64,000 bases of DNA from Tubulanus polymorphus (Eukaryota > Animalia > Nemertea), in contig NC_134025.1 in assembly GCF_964204645.1 (NCBI RefSeq), forward strand, positions 15,314,001 to 15,378,000, read 5' to 3'. Below are positions 27,231 through 40,796 of this stretch, one piece after another. A model generated the notes under the pieces. The model had not been told where the DNA came from and did no database searches. It saw only the letters and a program-made list of their open reading frames with translations. Made by a program: the position numbers and the translations under genes. Within the stretch, counting starts at the first letter, position 1, and the number at the start of each line of letters is the position of its first letter.

Positions 27231-29499
27231 TAAATTGCCCATGGGCAAAGTGTGGTTTACCATGAAAGCTAGAGGTTGTTTGGAGTAAAGGCATTGCTTG
27301 AAAAATCTTTTTAATTCATGACTTCAAAGTTCTAGAAGTTTATATTGTATTTTATCTTAGTCAAATATGACCAAAGATAAACATTTGTTTATGGTCTACG
27401 TTCAAAACTTTCGTAGGGTACAGGTAGGCGCGGCAGGGAAACTATTTTATATTTTCAAAAAAATATTTTTCACAATATGAAAAAATATTCAAATAAAACT
27501 CACATGATGTCACATATCAGAGGGTGGCTGAATATTGAGTCTTGGAAACGAAACCTCTTCCAACGTATGGCTGCGGTAGCTAATACACCGGGGCGTAGCA
27601 TTAGATCGTTTTAAATCCTGCAATTTACCACTACACAATATTCAGACCTCGACCTATGCCTATAGTTTGGTGCTTAGTATTTTCAGGTCACAAGAAATTA
27701 CAAATTATTATAAATTCTATCAAACAAAAAACACAGCGCTCATCTTCTGCTACGACGATTATTCAGCCTGTTATCATACCAAACGTACACGCGCCAAGCA
27801 GCGTTACAGCATCACCATATAGTAGTCCGTGAGCATGTGTTCTGTGTCCAACTGCCACTCCCACGTGGAGGCCTTGTGTAGTGAACGTTCACTTCAATCT
27901 CAATCCACACAATCACCCGGTATTAAAATGAAACAATACCTATGGCGATATGTGAAATAATTATATTCTCACCAGCAATGAGCATTTAAAATTTGCACAT
28001 ATACGGCACCTAGTCCAATGAAACGTTCGCCATTAATGGCTTTCCCATAATTTTTTTAGTAGCGCTGGAATTCCCCGTATATCCCATAAACAGCCGATCA
28101 CATTCGCTCGTAGAGAGGACGCCCCCAATCGAGGTCATTGCAATTTTAAACGCAAGAGCTAAGAATTCTCCCGCCAAAAACATTTTTTTTCGTCGAATTT
28201 AAACAAAGTTGACCATGTCATTGATGGAGGTTCGTCATGTCTTCAATCGCATTGATTTTACGCCGTTTAACCCGAGAACTAATGAAAAAAATGCTCACAT
28301 AAAAAAACGTACCGTGATTTTACATGAATTGGCTGAATGCCAACATCATATCGCTGATAAAGGTAAACCAAAAATGTGTAAAAAGTGCTGATTTTGGCCA
28401 ACAACAATGGCTGCTGGTCGGTCATCTTGAATCTGAGAGGGCCAGTTTTTGGGCTGAAGATGTGTCTAGGGTAGATACATGTATAAACCAAATATCAAGA
28501 CATTACCTTGAAGCGTCTCGAAAACTTCCCAAAATAACTGTATTCCGCCTACGGACAGACGGACAAACGACGGACAAAAAGTGAACGCAATAGCCTGCTG
28601 GGACTACAAAGGGTCAAAAAATCTAGAAATTTCAGTGCAATTGTATACATTCTAGGCACTGAGACATTACCGGTCTTACTGGTTGTTGGTCGAAAAAGTG
28701 CCCTAAAAATATTGCTGTTGTATTTTCAAAACGGCATAGGAAAATATATTGCGATAGGAGCATTGATAAGTTGTAAACAAATAAGCAGGTAATAGTAGTA
28801 TAATGGAAATTAACTGGAAATTGATTAATACTGGATACAATAGGCCCATCCTCACTTGTACAGGTTTGCTTTCAGCCTGCAGAAGCGCCCGCCATCATAA
28901 ACCCTGGCAGCAAACCTTTCATTCATCATTTACATTGATCAAAATCTCTTGGGTAGACAGGTTGCCGCCATGCGGCCACCAGTTTATGTATTCAGCCATG
29001 ATCAGATGCATTTTTTTTTCACCGGCAGATGCTCAACGCATCTGATTGGCGAGATACATAGACCAATGGCCGTTTAGCGGGCCACAATCAAAACCTGCCA
29101 TGCAAGCATGCAGTAGTTTGTTACCACTGCTAATAAGTAATAAATAGAAGTCAAGCGGATAAATCAGGCCGCTCATGAATTGTGCTTAACGCTTTGACTA
29201 TAGCTAATTAATTCAATTGGAAAGTAATCAGACAATTACATGATTATATTTGCATTGAATGTGCATGATTATATTTGCATTGAGCCCAGGCATTATTCGG
29301 GCATTGTTGGGGTACATACCTCATTTTAAATGACCACAAAAATTGCAGACAACAACTGAGTATCCAATATTATTCAAGTTCTGTACCAATAAGAAGGAAT
29401 GCCAGAGTTTTCTTAAACCCTTTCACTCCTTCCTAAGCATGCATGCACTATACCAGATGGAATTAACTTTTTTTGGATGATGCATGTACATGACCACCG

Positions 29500-29942
29500 A
29501 AGTCAGTCTCCTTCGCTGTATGGTGCTGTCTATCTCTGTATGCAGGGGAGATCCGGACACTGAATGAGATAGAAAAATGGATTCTTGCCTTCAAGATGAA
29601 CTGCTACAGGCATCTGTTCCATGTCCACGGGTGCTGTGATAAGGTGCAGAGAAAAGGATTACATAGGACTACATAAAAATTTCCTCAGCCTTGTGAAATA
29701 AAATGAACTGGTTCAGGCATGCGCTCTAAAGGAACACTGGCAAACACCATCCTACAAGCAATGGCCAAAGGAAACCACAAGAAAGGGCACCATTCACGGC
29801 AGAAGCTGGACGACATCTGCTCCTGGACAGGCCTGAGCTGGCACACTAACACACTTGGCAGAAAACCGACTACAGTAGAGGCTGATGGTGAAATATGTTT
29901 CTACTGCCCTCACAGCAGTTGGAAGCTAGGGGATGATGATAA
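29500..29942 (+). mobile_element. RTE-clade LINE 3' remnant
   Basis: Degenerate LY..E..TL..ILAF.MNCYR and TLANTILQ segments, ending in a (GAT)n tail. Confidence 0.55.
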
Positions 29943-30400
29943 GTAGGCCTATGCGGCGACGCCTATAAAACTGGATAGGAACTATAATGTTAGCAGAGAG
30001 TCTTCTGCTCATCAATAAATATCTATGAACCATGTAGTAGTTCTACGTGTGATGTGCTGTACTAAAGTCTATCCCAGTAGTTATGATCGCGGTGCATCAA
30101 ACAGTTCATATCATCGCAGATCTGGAACCCTGTGGTCTCTATGTGCTCAACCCTGCAAGTTACTGAGGTCAGGCAACTACTTCTTTCAAGAGTGAATAAT
30201 ACTTAAGTTTTCCCATCCTAGTCATTCACTTCTCTTTATTCCTCTAGATTTGGTTTTTTCTAGTATATCCTCAAAGAACACCGATTAAATTGTATTTAAG
30301 TATGGAATTCAAGTTTTCGTGGATTAATTTCTTATTATGTGCACTTAGCAAAGCTAGACATGCGCAAATTTGTTAACAAATGGACTATTTGTGGATATTT

Positions 30401-31740
30401 GACTAGTGGTTAATTATCTAAAAACATTGTGAATGAATCCTGAACCGTGTTCGAATAGTTGTTGATTAAGGGAGGGCTGTTGAGTTTTGATAAAAAGTGT
30501 TTCTCTAATTTTACAATCTAAATCGGAGGAACCTTTATCTAAAATTTTGAAATTCTTTTCGCTAAACGAGAGATGACAGTCACGGCAGTTTGATAGATGT
30601 TGGCCAATTGCTGAAGTCTTAAGTTTGTGCTCCTTAACTCTTGTTACTAGGTGTCTTTTTGTTTTACCTATATAGGCAGTGTTTATATCACATAAACAAG
30701 TGTATTTGTAGACAACCATAGCTTTCAAGGATTTAGGGGTCGGACACAGAAATTTTTAATCTTAGTGGTTACGAATGAGCATTGAATGTCTATTTCGAAA
30801 TTCGATTTAAACAGTTTCTTTAATTTTTGAGCATATAGAATAGACGGGAAACCCACAAACGGTATGGAAATGAAAAGAGAAACTTTACTCTCATCAACGG
30901 TTTTAGGCTTGGTAACCATGTTTTTGATCACTGTGTTAAAAAATTTCTCAACGCTAAATTGGTTACCCAGCCTAAAACCGTTGATGAGAGTAAAGTTTCT
31001 CTTTTCATTTCCATACCGTTTGTGGGTTTCCCGTCTATTCTATATGCTCAAAAATTAAAGAAACTGTTTAAATCGAATTTCGAAATAGACCTTCAATGCT
31101 CATTCGAAACCACTAAGATTAAGAATTTCTTTTCACTTAAGTGTCCGACTCCTAAATCCTTGAAAGCTATGGTTGTCTACAAATACACTTGTTTATGTGA
31201 TATAAACACTGCCTATATAGGTAAAACAAAAAGACACCTAGTAACAAGAGTTAAGGAGCACAAACTTAAGACTTCAGCAATTGGCCAACATCTATCAAAA
31301 TGCCGTGACTGTCAGGTCTCGTTTAGCGAAAAGAATTTCAAAATTTTAGATAAAGGTTCCTCCGATTTAGATTGTAAAATGAGAGAAGCACTTTTTATCA
31401 AAACTCAACAGCCCTCCCTTAATCAACAACTATTCGAACACGGTTCAGGATTCATTCTCAATGTTTTTAGATAATTAACCACTAGTCAAATATCTTCACT
31501 CAGTAATTTAGATTGTGTGTAATTAGTTATCTTTATATTATGATTATCTTGTCACTCAGTAATTTGAAATTGTTTGTAATTAGCTTCATCTTATTCTATA
31601 TAAATACCAGTATGATATGTAAATTCAATCACTTGCGCTATGCCTGAAGAGGGGATAATGTAACTCCCGAAAACGTTCGCTATAATAAATATATGTTACT
31701 CATTAGAAATGAGATTTGTACTGTTTTTGCTGCTATGGAT
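30401..31740. mobile_element. Penelope-like element 3' part, GIY-YIG endonuclease in inverted duplication
   Basis: 30959-31474 (+) VVYKYTC.C..YIGKTKRHL.TR..EH...E.LFIK...P.LN; near-identical inverted copy at 30414-30931 (-). Confidence 0.9.
31635..31685 (+). ncRNA. Minimal hammerhead-ribozyme-like motif in Penelope pLTR
   Basis: CTGAAGA(31644)-ggga/tccc stem II-GAAA(31669)-AACGTT palindrome, downstream of the GIY-YIG ORF and a TATAAATA. Confidence 0.55.
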
Positions 31741-32220
31741 CTTTAATTATCTAGACTCTCTATCAAGACATTACATTGAAGCGTCTTCAAAACTTCCTAA
31801 ATAACTGGATTCCGTCTACGGACAGACGAAAAGTGAACGCAATAGCCCGCTGAGACTTAAGTCCCAAGTGGGCTAAAAATGCGTCATGATTGGTATCAAA
31901 CTGACCGTATTCCTCTATTGAATCGTAATTCATGCATTCAATTGATTGGTAAGAAAATATTAGTGATCCAGTAAGAATTCTTGAATTTCAAATTAAGGCC
32001 AAGTCGCATTAGGTCTATTGGATCCTCATAGCTAAAGAAGATCCAGAAAGAACCTTTCATGGTATATAAAGTACTTGAAGAAGGATCTATTAATTGAAAC
32101 TTATATCTTTTGCAGGTGACTTTAAGAACTATGATGAAGTTAATAAGCCAACCCTTCTTAAAAGAATCATTAAGCAAAATGTAGGCCAAGTCCTCTAACT
32201 GAAACTAACGTAACTCTAAC

Positions 32221-32586
32221 CAGGGATGAAAACGGCCCATATTGAAAAAGTCGGAAAATATTTTCAAAAAAAAGAATTTTTTTGGGGAACGAAAATCAGT
32301 AACTTTTAGCCAAAAAACTTACTTCTTTTTGGTCAAAATGTTAATAGTTTGGGCCTGAATTAGAGCCGCTTTTTGAATGAGACGCCATATCGGTTTCTCC
32401 GACTCCACAGTTGTGCTAACAACTGCTGAAGCACTTAAGGAGCACTCCTAACTACGAAGCCCTCCTATGTGACGCCTGCGATTGAGGTGATTAAAGTGAT
32501 TGAGGTGATTTACACTGTTCTCAGGAACAAAGAAAATGTTAGAAAAGGTCGGAAATGCGTCTATGGTCGGAAGATTTTCATCCCTG
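32221..32586. mobile_element. hAT-like MITE
   Basis: cagggatgaaa ... tttcatccctg termini. Confidence 0.6.
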
Positions 32587-33775
32587 TCTAACTGAAATTG
32601 AGTTATCTAAAGGGGTCATGAAGAGGTTTTGAAAAAATTTAGAAATTAAATTTTTTTTGTATAAAACACTGACCGTATGCATCTATAGTAGCCTCACAAA
32701 AACTTTTTTAAATATCATTAGGCTATCCAAACTTGAGAAAAGCCCGTAGCAAGGCCCTGGCAACGGGACGCTCGCGTTTGCGCGGTGATGTTGATGACGT
32801 CATTCTGAGAACACGTCGCCTGCAGCACACTCATTTTCGTCGAATATCGTGCTAATTTTACCGTCTTTTGAATACCTTGGCTGTGTGTAGCTACGAACTG
32901 TTCCCACATAAAGGCAGCGACAAACCTTAGTGGCCAAACCACAAATTAGGCCCTCTAAGATGTCCTCGATGGACCATAAGAAAGGAAGAGGAACATCCAG
33001 CTTAGTGTAAACTAGCTTCGCATTTTAGAGAAGGATTCTCGCAAATATGACAGCATATATAAACTTCGAGACACAAAACTTATGTTTTTACTTTCTGAGA
33101 GCCTTTTAATTATTCTGCCAAGTTAGGCTTTTTCCGCGAATTCAATACCTAGTAAGAGATACGCGCTTTCCAATGCGCAGAGTACTGGCTGGCTACGTAT
33201 AGGCCTATGCAGCACACGTTACTAAAGGATGGCGCAGGCTGGGATGGGATACTACACGATCAAGTTTACATTGTCAGGATGATTTTGTGGTCCAGTACTG
33301 GATAAAACTATCTCTGCCCACAGAAATATCCACGATGTCAATATCAGTCATCCCCTCCTCGTGGTTTTAACAATAGAGGGAATGACTTTTAAATGAGGAT
33401 GAATGCTCGCTCCACGACGTGGAAATATGCTGTACTGTATAGTCACAAATTTATTCTTCCTGAGGCGTCTGGTCCAAATTTGATGGAATAATTTCGACTG
33501 TTCATTAATAACAACTGTTGGCTTCCTAAACATCGCACGTTTGATTGGAATCTGATGTATTTGTGTCACTATTTTGCACTTTAATCGCTGTTAGTATCAC
33601 CCGTTTCTATACACTACACCATGTTGGTTTGGTCTGGGGTCTCAGAATGATGTCACACTTCCGGGTTACGAATAAATCAGCACCACCTATCAAAAGTCTC
33701 TTTTTGACAGTAATTGAAGAATGGAAAATTAATTTCTCGACCACTAAATCAATAAATAGGTTATAATTGATGGTA

Positions 33776-35085
33776 AACTAGGGGGACAGGGACACCATGC
33801 CCACTTGGGAAGTGGTTTCAAATGCTCAACAATCTAACAATTTCAATACATAACGCCCCCTAGTGGCCATATACAACTAAGGGTCCAGGGACACCATGCC
33901 CACTTGGGGAAGTGGATCCAGATGCTCAACAATCTAACAATTTCAATATTCAACGCCCCCTGGTGACCAAATACAAAAACCAATAACCTTGAAACTCACC
34001 ACAATCATAGAACATGTCAGCAGCTACGATTTTGTAACTGATTGTGATAGCAAAATGTGCCTCGTTACGAATTTAGTATGGAAATACTAAGTTATTCTAC
34101 TATTCAACGCCCCCTGGTGACCATATTCAAAACCCAATGACCTTGAAACTCACCACAATCATAGAACATGTCACGAACTAAAACTTAGTAATTGATCATG
34201 GTAACAAAATATGCCTAGGTACCAATATAATAAGGAAATACTAAGTTATTCTACTATTCAACGCCCCCTGGGGACCATATAGAATAACTGATGGCCTTAA
34301 AACTTGCCACAATCATAGATGATGTCATGAGCTACAACTTTGCAATTGATTGTGGTTACAAGATATGCATTGATACGAATATAATATAGAAATACTAAGA
34401 TATTGTATTATTCAACGCCCCCTGGTAGCCATATATAAAAACCCAATGACCTTGAAACTCACCACAATCATAGAACACGTTATGGGCTACAACTTTCCAA
34501 TTGAATATAGTAACACAATATGCTTAGGTATCGATTAAATGTGGAAAAACTTTTCCCCACCTACCAATGAGTACTGAAGACACCAAGATGGCCGCCAATT
34601 GCATCATAATTTGCTGATCAAAAATACCTGTCTCAGGTATAAAACATCCCTTCCCAAAGAATACCCATCACAAATTGCAATGAGAAATGGCAAACCAGTA
34701 GGAAGCTACAGGACCTAGAATTCTGGCCAAAATTGACATTTTGGGCACTAAAAAGGTCATAGGACGGCCATCTTGAGTCAGATCAACCCAATTTTTATAA
34801 TGCTGATGGGCCCTTGGTAGATACAAATATAAACGAAAGATCAAGGTTATTGATCGAAGCGTCATCAAAATTTCCCTCGAAAACTTCGAAAATATGTAAA
34901 AAGTGCTGATTTTTGCGAACAAAAATGGCTGCCAGTCGGCCATCTTGAATCTGACAGGGACAGTTTTTGGGCTGAAGATGTGTCTAGGGTAAATACATGT
35001 ACAAACCAAATATCAAGACATTACCTTGAAGTGTCTTCAAAACTTCCCAAAATAACTGGATTCCGTCTACGGACAGACGGCCAAC
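33776..35085 (+). mobile_element. Second HINE-like element with ~160-bp tandem array
   Basis: Same 5' end and repeat unit as 25770-27230. Confidence 0.6.
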
Positions 35086-36375
35086 CGGATGTTGGTAAAT
35101 TCAAATCAAAATTTATTTTATTTAGTAAAACACCGGGGCTTATTCTTATGTGGCATTGTGTCTACACTACGCTTAATGCCGCATTATTGTAAGGCGGTTT
35201 ATCGTAACATGGGTGGCGATACCGTCGTTAGATAAGCCGGCTTATCTAACGACGGTATCGTTAATGCGGTATTTTGTCAATAGTGTAGACGGATAATACG
35301 GCATTAGTCTGTAGTGTAGATGGGCCTTAAAACTACTATATTTTTCCACCTGGGGGAGAACTTATTTCTAAATTTCATAATTTGATGAAATATATTGCGT
35401 TAAAATCTTTTAAGTGTCGCAAAATCCGTCAAATTGCCGGTACACCAGAACTTTTGAAAACACTTGTGAAGGTTTCGTGATCCCCAGTCCCGCCCCTTTT
35501 CTATGAGATCGCATAGAAGATAGGCATCTCAAAACAAAATTGCATTTTTCGAAATACGCAGTGAAGAGTACACGCACACCTGTCAATCAACAATCTAAAG
35601 TTGGCTGGAGTCCAACAGCTTGTAACTCACAAACTACGCCGCGCATCAACATGGAATTTTCAACACAGTACTTTGCTTATTATCTTTGCTCGAAAATTTA
35701 GTTCAAGTAAATCTGATGACAATTATTAGATTAATCAAATTCATAATTTTGGAAGTGGGAAAACACGGCACTATGGCCAGTTTTGATCACATGATCTGAA
35801 AACCCTACTTTTATGTGTGCTTTGGCCCTAGATGTTGTTTAGGAACAACGGCTAGGTACTAGACTGACTACTGTCTTTCACATCTGCTCTCCGTGCAACG
35901 TTTGAGTCCCTAATTTCGTTAATGATCGGTTGATCTACCTTTATTATGCATCTATTTGTTCTGTGAAGAATTTGCATTCAGAAATAAACAACAATTTTTA
36001 CTAAAGTTGTTTTTGTTTTCATTTAGGCCTATGAGCGATAGTTTACTCAGCATACGCTCGCGTAATGCTTAAAAATCCACTCCGCGGACGCTCGAAACAT
36101 TACAGTGACGTCATCACCAGCTCATTAGCATATTAAAATACAGTTGGTGGTGGCGCCAGGTGACGGGCCATAAAAGCCGTTTTTCAGCATTATGCGAGCA
36201 TATGCTAGGTAAACTATTGCTGATAGATGAAAACACAAACAAATCTATGCCAGTTCATGATTAACTTCTGACTGCAAATTCCTTACTGAACAAATTGATG
36301 CATAATATTTACAGATAAACCGATTATTAACGAAATTACAAACCAAAACGTCGCACGGAGAGCATGTGTGACAGA

Positions 36376-37234
36376 TAGTCAGTTACCTGTCTGTGGTTTA
36401 GTTTCACGATCGGATATTTTCACAAACCACAGTCAGGAATGAGAAGGTCAATTTTGTATACAATCTTCGTCAATTTGACTCACGAGTAATTTGCCTGGCA
36501 TTTTCCAGTCTTTAGAGATATCCGTCTAATTTTTGTTGTAATCGATGCACAAGAGATTCCTAGTTTGTTTGATACCTATAGGCTATAACCTCACCCGACG
36601 ATCTTAATCCATGTGCAAATCAGCCGTAAAGTGAGAGTAAATTTCTGTCGATTCAACGGCGACCATTTTGAAAACTTGTGGAGGGTGCTGGCACCTGTGG
36701 ACTGAGGCCAGGACAACAACACAAATTAACGAAACGAAAACAATTTGAAAAAAATTTAGAAATCAACGATAATTCACATTTTTCTTTAACTAGAATTTAC
36801 TATTGGATTATTTATTATAGCAAACACGCACATTTGAAAAATACGTTGGAAATCCATCATAAATAAAAATTGTCGTTTCATTTTGTAAGTTTTATATAAA
36901 TCCTTGCAGGTCACCTTGTCTATCATGCCAAATGTATGCAATACATAGAAATGGCGGCCAATGGCCGAATTTGTGGAGATATTAATTAATTTCTCAAAAT
37001 GATGTTGATTAATCGCTCGAAACATAGGCCTACATAAAATTGGATTATTTCGAAAGGTACCTGTGTTAGTGTGAATTAAGCCATTAATTGTGGACTGGGA
37101 AGTGAATAGAAAGTATATTTTTGAAGTGTTACTTTTTTGAACCATGTTTTGGCCCTTGTCATCCCTAACGTTGGTATAAGCCCATCCGATTATAAAAAGC
37201 TTACCACCAACGATCAGGAAACTAACTAGGCCTA
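36376..37234 (+). mobile_element. Academ-like non-autonomous element (TAG...CTA), copy 1
   Basis: Same sequence as 38646-39493; flanked by a gtgtgacaga duplication. A ~110-bp deleted derivative lies at 37339-37450. Confidence 0.7.
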
Positions 37235-38645
37235 GTGTGACAGACAGTAATCAGAACGCACCTTTGGCAAAAAAGCGTTTACAGGAATAATGTCGCATTG
37301 GCAAAATATCATCTGAAATTTAAAAGCTGGATCCACCCTAGTTAGTTAGTTACCTAATCGTTGGTGGTAAGCTTTTTATAATCGGATGGGCTTGTGGTTT
37401 GTGAAAATATCCGATCGTGAAACTAAACCACAGTCAGGTTACTGACTAGACCACCCTGAACATTGAATCCCTAGACCTCCCCAGCTGGTTAATGTAGGCC
37501 TTCCTTATGCAGAAATAGAAATTTTTGAGAAGGGGTAGGCCTCTACTAGTAGCATGGCGCCACGAAAATTCATGGAGCGCACAACAAACCTAAATAAATG
37601 CAAGCCCATGGTACTATTTCATTTGAGTGCGGCTGGTTACTACTCATCATTACAGTAGTCAGTTGTGGGCAGTGGTGTAACGAAAACAACACCAAACGGA
37701 ATCGACCAAACCAGGTAGTAGATGTTAGATCCTATATAATCGAGTCGTACACCGACACTAGCGACATATATTCACGATATATTGCATTAGAGCGATGACA
37801 TCGGGTCATACTAAACACCGTCAGACACCGTCAGGAAGACGGTCAGACACCGTCATGAACTCACGGGTTATACTAAACAACGTCAGGAAATAAAAAACAA
37901 TGATTGTGAATTCTAAAATTGAATATTTTATATTAAAATCAACACTAAATGAGCCCTACTGTGCACGAGTTTTCCTTGGTAAACCATTATGAGTTTTCCG
38001 GTTTGCTCGGGTCGACCCTATCTACTAGTTCCAGGACGCGTTAACTATCTTTCAATTTTCGGTTACGGATACACTGCAGACTTAGAATTCATTGAACCAA
38101 GGTCGTTACCGCTACCTGGAAACGCAATATAAACAAACAATCGTGTCCGTCCGTCCGTCTCATCTTTATCATAAAAATCTTTTACCCTCCTTTTAATGTA
38201 AAATACTTTCTTCTTGAAATCCTTTTGCAAAACATTGATAAAATGATGACGAAAAGGCCGGAGCCCAGGTCCTAGGTCCTCATCTCTACAATCCACCAAT
38301 GCAATGTCCAATAATAAAAAAATACAACAAGCAGGCGTGTAGGCTAATTTGTACTTCATGATTTATTTTCTCTATTTTACTGCAGTAACAGATGGAGTAA
38401 AAAGAATAACAATATATTGATAAAAGATTTCTTGAAAATGCATAGGCCTCCCAATAGTTTTGCGGTGTCGAACATCTTTCTTTAAGCCAGTGTTTCCAAT
38501 CTGAAATTGATTCAAATATATTATCCTACCTATTATGTTTATGTAGTAGGCTAGGCCTAATTTAGCACACCCACACACATAATAGACATAGGGCCATGTT
38601 GTATGAGTCCAGGGTTCATATAGTCTCCATGACCAGTCTCATTCC

Positions 38646-39493
38646 TAGTCAGTAACCTGTCTGTGGTTTAGTTTCACGATCGGATATTTTCACAAACCAC
38701 AGTCAGGAATGGGAAGGTCATTTTTGTATGAAATCTTCGTCAGCCAATTTGACTGACGAGTAATTTGCCTGGCATTTCATTGTCTCTTAAGATATCTGTC
38801 TAATTTTTGTTGTAATCGACGCACAACAGATTCGTAGTTTGTCTGATACCTATAACACCTCACCTGACGATCTTAATCCATGTGCAAATCGGCCGTAAAG
38901 TGAGAGTAAATTTCCGTCCAGTCAACAGCTGCCATTTTGAAAATTACTGGAGGTGCTGGCACCTGTGGACTGAGGCCAGGACAACAGCACAAACTAACGA
39001 AGCGAAACGACGAAATTAAAAAAAATTAAGAAATCAATACTTATTTACATTTTGCTTTTACCATAAATTTAATATTTCATTATTTGTTATGGAAAACACG
39101 AAGATTTGAAATAAAAGTTGGAAAACCATCAAAAATAAAAATTGTCGTTTCGTCTTGAAAGTTTTATATAAATCCTTGTAGGTCCCCTTGTCTTATCATG
39201 CAACATGTGCAATACAGAGAAATGGCGGCCAATGGCGAAATTTGTGGAGAAATTAATCAATTTCTCAAAATAATGTTGATTAATCACTCGAAACATACAT
39301 AAAATTGGATTTTTTCGAAAGGTACCTGTGTTAGTTTGTGAATTAAGCCATTAATTGTGGACTGAAGTGAATAGAAAGTATATTTTTGAAGTGTTACTTT
39401 TTTCAACCGTGTTTTGGTCCTTGTCATCCCTAACGTTGGTATAAGCCCATCCGATTATAAAAAGCTTACCACCAACGATTAGGTAACTAACTA
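38646..39493 (+). mobile_element. Academ-like non-autonomous element, copy 2
   Basis: TAG...CTA ends; 9-bp TSD tctcattcc (38637-38645, 39494-39502); absent from the partner arm (~59855). Confidence 0.8.
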
Positions 39494-40045
39494 TCTCATT
39501 CCATGACTTTCAAGCACCTTTTCGAGCCCAATTCAATGACCCAATGTTACTAATACTGAAACTTCGATAGCATATTTTACACCTGGCTTCCCTTATCATT
39601 ACATTTATCGATCCATTGGCTATAATCGTCATGCTTAAGCCAAGAATCCTGAAATCTACATTTTCCAGGCATTCTTACAATCAGTAGATTTTAAAGGCTC
39701 TAACAGTGAACTTGTAACTGTGACCTGCAGATGATAGGCCTAACTAATGACTGATCTAGTATTTGAAAATTTGTCTCAAATGTTTTAAAATGAAAAATCA
39801 ATTGAAACATCAGAAGAGTCAAGAGAACAAAAGCAGGCCATGAACAGATCACACTTAACGTTTTGCCTATAGCAAATTACATTCAATTGAAATATAAATT
39901 AGACAGTGTGCTGCCATATTTGCATTGACCAGACAGAATCATTGTTTTCATTGTAGCTGAGATAAATTAAGACTATTGGGAACTAGACCTAACAATACAA
40001 TGATCAGATCTGATAATGTATAGGCTAATGCCTAAGCTAATTATC

Positions 40046-40295
40046 TGTGACTGACCACTTCGAAATCTATGCGAGCAGTAAGGTGTGATGGAGTGACTAT
40101 CACCACAGAGAGTTGACCAGATCCGAAGGAGTAAAGTCGAAGAGCGTGTTATATTTTGTGAATCTAAACAGCAACTAACTTTATTACTACAGTATAGAGT
40201 TACAGTATAGTACACATGGCGCGAAACAGCAACCAATCATATAAGAGAGACATCAACGAATCATATAAGAGAATCAACACATGTCGTTCTCGACA
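40046..40295 (-). repeat. Bel/Pao LTR copy (250 bp) inside a hAT-like MITE (38610-40430)
   Basis: Reverse complement of 59061-59310; TGT...ACA ends. Confidence 0.8.
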
Positions 40296-40625
40296 TAAGG
40301 TAGATCACTCTCAATGTCCATGACCATGAATCAATGACTTTAGAGGCAATTCCATGACTTTCAAGGCCTTGAATTGACCTATTCCCATTTCATGACTTTC
40401 CATGACTTTCAATGACCGCTATGAACCATGTATGACCCACAGCCCCCGCCCAAGTTGGCAGTTGAAACATTGACATTGATGGTCCCTGGTCCCTCACAGT
40501 AAACTGATAAACTTATCCATTAAATTGGGTGCATTAAATTGTATTTCTGTTATTCTTCGACAAGTCCAGAAGAGAGGCTTTTTTAGTGATTAAAAATGAC
40601 ACCTCTCAATCAGTTGAAAACATAC

Positions 40626-40740
40626 CTTCATGTTCAAAGTTCTTGTCTTTATGCTGACAAACAAATTCAGTGCCAGTTTCGGCTTCGTATTCAGATATGT
40701 TTCTGAACACTTCTTCAGCGCGATTTAATATGACCGGCAT
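40626..40740 (-). CDS. Putative first exon MPVILNRAEEVFRNISEYEAETGTEFVCQHKDKNFEHE (possibly MULE/CaRF-like)
   Basis: aaaATG context, 38 open codons, G|GTATG donor, ACGCATGCGCA motif ~45 bp upstream. Confidence 0.35.
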
Positions 40741-40796
40741 TTTGATGCAAAAACCGTAATGTTTCCAATGTCTCCGTTTTTAACGCATGCGCATTA

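Noticed and set aside
32110-32200. Possible plus-strand exon (ttttgcag|GTGAC...)
   Set aside because: Short, with no recognisable motif or partner exon.
38063-38578. Duplicated short ORFs also at 59919-60413
   Set aside because: The duplication follows from the inverted arms; frameshifts differ between copies and no motifs are recognisable.
40046-40295. Ordinary solo LTR
   Set aside because: Flanks are not a target-site duplication, and homology to the other copy extends more than 1 kb beyond the LTR.
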